NCBI GenBank assembly: GCA_030390025.1
Contig: CM059432.1
Location: forward strand, 97,466,001 to 97,530,000
DNA length: 64,000 bases
Origin: Squalus acanthias
Taxonomy: Eukaryota
Reading direction: 5' to 3'
Below, one piece after another: positions 61,214 through 64,000 of the stretch (the stretch's first letter is position 1; every line of letters starts with the position of its first letter). A model generated the notes under the pieces. It saw only the letters and a list, made by a program, of their open reading frames with translations, did not search any database and was not told the DNA's origin. A program made the position numbers and the translations under genes.

Positions 61214-62237
61214 TCTATGCCAGTATTTATGCTCCACACAAGCATACTCCCACCCTTCTTCATCTAACTCCATCAACATATCCTTCTATTCCTTTCTCCC
61301 TCATGTGCTCATTCCCCTTAAATGCATCTATGCTAGTCACCTCAACCACTCCTTATGGTAGCGAGTTCCACATTCTAACCACTCTCTGGGTAAAGAAGTT
61401 TCTCCTGAATTTCCTGTTGAATTTATTAGTGACTATCTTATATTTATGGCCCCTAGTTCTGGCCTCGCCCACAAATGGAAACATTTTCTCTATGTCTACC
61501 ATATCAAGCCCTTTCATAAAGGCCTCTATCTGGTCAGCCCCTCAGTCTTCTCTTTTCTACAGAAAAGAGCCCCTGCCTTTTTAATATTTCCTGATGGGTA
61601 TAACCTCTCAGTTCTCGTATCATTCTAGTAAATCTTTTTTGCACCTTCACCAGTGCATCTATGTCCTTTTATAATATGGAGACCAGAACTGGGTGATCAC
61701 ATTAAATCTAATAATGTTGTGGTTACAGTTGCCCGAGTGTTACTGAACTTTTGAAGTCTGACACTGCATCAGGGTCACTAATATATCTAAATCCTGTACC
61801 CGATTACTCCCAGTTTCCTCACAAACATGTTGTGTAAGGATATAATCATTTATTATACCTACAAATCTTTCCGCTGTCCTACTCTCAATGGCCAGTAAAG
61901 TGAAATAATGTATATTAACTGAAGGGATGGGAAACATAATTCAACAATTAGGTAGACATAGAGAACATGTTTCCACTTGTAGGTGAGGCCAGAAATAGGG
62001 GCCATAAATATAAGATAGTCACTCATAAATTCAACAGGAAATTCAGGAGAAACGTCTTTACCCAGAGAGTGGTTAGAATGTGGAACTCGCTACAACAAGG
62101 AGCCGTTGAGGTGACTAGCAGAGATGCATATAAGGGGAATGTGCACATGAGGGAGAAAGGAATAGAAGGATATGTTGATGGAGTTAGAAGAAGAAGGGTT
62201 GGAGTATGCTTGTGTGGAGCATAAATACTGGCATGGA
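61214..62237. repeat. Inverted pair of CR1 3' fragments (61214-61500 and 61951-62237; the minus copy extends to ~61690)
   Basis: 287-bp arms are near reverse complements. Confidence 0.85.
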
Positions 62238-62239
62238 AC

Positions 62240-63188
62240 TGTTGGATATTGGAATACAGAGTAGAATTTCTAAATTTGCTGATGACACCAAACTTGGGCG
62301 TGTGGCAAACAGTGAGGATGATACCAATCGACTGCAACAGGACATAGAAAGGCTAGCAGAATGGGCAGAAAAATGGCAGATGGAATTTAATACAGAGAAG
62401 TGTGAGGTGATGCATTTTGGCAGAAGGAACAGGGAGAGGCAATATACACTTAATGGCACAGTTTTAAAGAGTGTGCAGGGACAGACGGACCTGGGAGTTA
62501 ATGTGCATAGGTCCCTGAAGGTGGCGGGACATATTGAGAGAGTGGTTAGCAAAGCATATGGGATCTTGGGTTTCATAAATAGAGGTATTGAGTACAAAAG
62601 TAGAGAAGTTATGCTGAATCTTTATAAAGCGCTGGTTAGGCCACAACTGGAGTATTGCATTCAGTTCTGGTCACCACACTTTAGGAAGGATGTGAAGGCC
62701 CTTGAGAGGCTGCAGAGGAGATTTACCAGAATGGTTCCGGGGATGGGGGATCTTAGCTACAAGGACAGGTTGGAGAAGCTGGAATTGTTTTCATTAGAGC
62801 AAAGGAGGCTGAGGGGTGATTTGATCGAGGTGTACAAGATTATGACGGGTTTGGATAGGCTAGACGGGGAAAGGCTGTTCCCACTAGTTGATAGTACAAG
62901 GACTAGGGGACACAGATTTAAGGTTTAGGGCAAGAGATACAGGGGGGATGTGAGGAAAAACTTTTTTACACAGCGAGTGGTGAGTACCTGGAACTCGCTG
63001 CCGATTGAAGTGGTGGAAGCGGACACACTCAATGTTTTCAAGGGGAGACTGGATAGGCACTTGAGGGAAATAAACTTGCAGGGCTATGGGGATAGAGTGG
63101 GGGAATGGGACTGACTGGATTGCTCTGCAGAGAGCCGACATGGACTCAATGGCCCGAATGGCCTCCTTCTGTGCTGTTATGACTCTAT
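62240..63188 (+). mobile_element. Young 5'-truncated CR1 LINE (RT C-terminal part and 3' tail)
   Basis: ISKFADDTKLG, WQMEFNTEKC, LVRPQLEYC, RRLRGDLIEVYK; tail GGCCCGAATGGCCTCCTTCTGTGCTG. Confidence 0.93.
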
Positions 63189-63946
63189 GGGGAAAAATTG
63201 AGTCGCGCCCCCTTTGGGGCGCTAACTTCGCTGGGGCGTTACTTTTAGCGCCCCATAAAAATTAGCGCCCCCGCGCCGGAAATTGAGTGGTTGCGCCCCA
63301 TGAGGGAAGCGGGGCACTACAGGAAGCGCCCCGCATCGCTCTTGGGGCACTGCGAGTCAATATCATGGCGCTATGTGCTGCACGTCGCACCGCGGTATTG
63401 CAGGCCTTCCTCCCCTTCTTAAAGGGGAGGGGCCTTGCGCAGCGTGAACTGGGGCCCAGCTGGGCCCCCGGGGATCGGGTGTGCCGGCAAAAGAGCCCGG
63501 CACTCAAGAGAAGTGCCGGGCTCTTGGAGCGCAGCCGGCACTTCGCGGGGGGGGGGGGGCTTCACGGGGGCCGGGGACAGCAATGGGGGCAGGTGCTGGC
63601 AGGCGGCCAGCAACAAAAATGGCCACCCGACACCTCCCCTTTAATTAGCACCGCCCCGGCCACAGGTAGGCCCCCCTGACCCCGTCGGGCATAGCGTCCG
63701 GCGGTAAGTCAAGAGGCACTACCGAAGATCGCGGCTGGAGCGCTAGTGGGGCGCTGCGCACGGCTATGATGTCATCACCGGCGGCGCAGCGCCACAGGAT
63801 GCTACCGGTTAGCGCCGCCGCTAACCTCCCGCTGAATTTCGCGGGAGGCGTGGGCGGCGCCGCACCCGGGCGCAAGTTGCTTTGCGCCCCATTAGCGCCC
63901 TCTTAAGGCGCTAACAGGAGGCATAAACCAACTGAATTTTTCCCCC
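63189..63946 (-). mobile_element. Harbinger MITE sharing the family A end, with a different interior
   Basis: GGGGAAAAATT / AATTTTTCCCCC, TAT TSD; right end is the reverse complement of 888-960. Confidence 0.88.
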
Positions 63947-64000
63947 TATATCTCTAATCTTTTGTATTTTATTGGTTATATCAGCATAGCTTACAGAGTG

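Overview
Eukaryotic window made almost entirely of transposable elements; no host protein-coding gene could be supported. The host is inferred to be a shark or other elasmobranch from HE1/V-SINE-like and Deu-domain SINEs and the CR1 tails. The centrepiece is a complete but decayed 14-kb provirus (45552-59537, GCTG target-site duplication, LTRs of about 0.96 kb once insertions are removed). It has a coiled-coil/CCHC gag, a single in-frame UGA-CGG stop between gag and pol, and PR-RT(YVDD)-tether-RNaseH-IN. Its apparently spliced env resembles class-I F-type fusion proteins, an architecture matching lokiretroviruses. Removing a MITE from env reveals an immunoglobulin-like domain in the surface part. 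Around it lie many PIF/Harbinger elements (transposase plus intron-containing Myb/SANT gene) and several MITE families, CR1/L2-group LINEs, two solo LTRs, two Penelope ends with minimal hammerhead ribozymes, SINEs and a 20-bp minisatellite, nested up to five levels deep. All calls come from reading the sequence; no searches were run.
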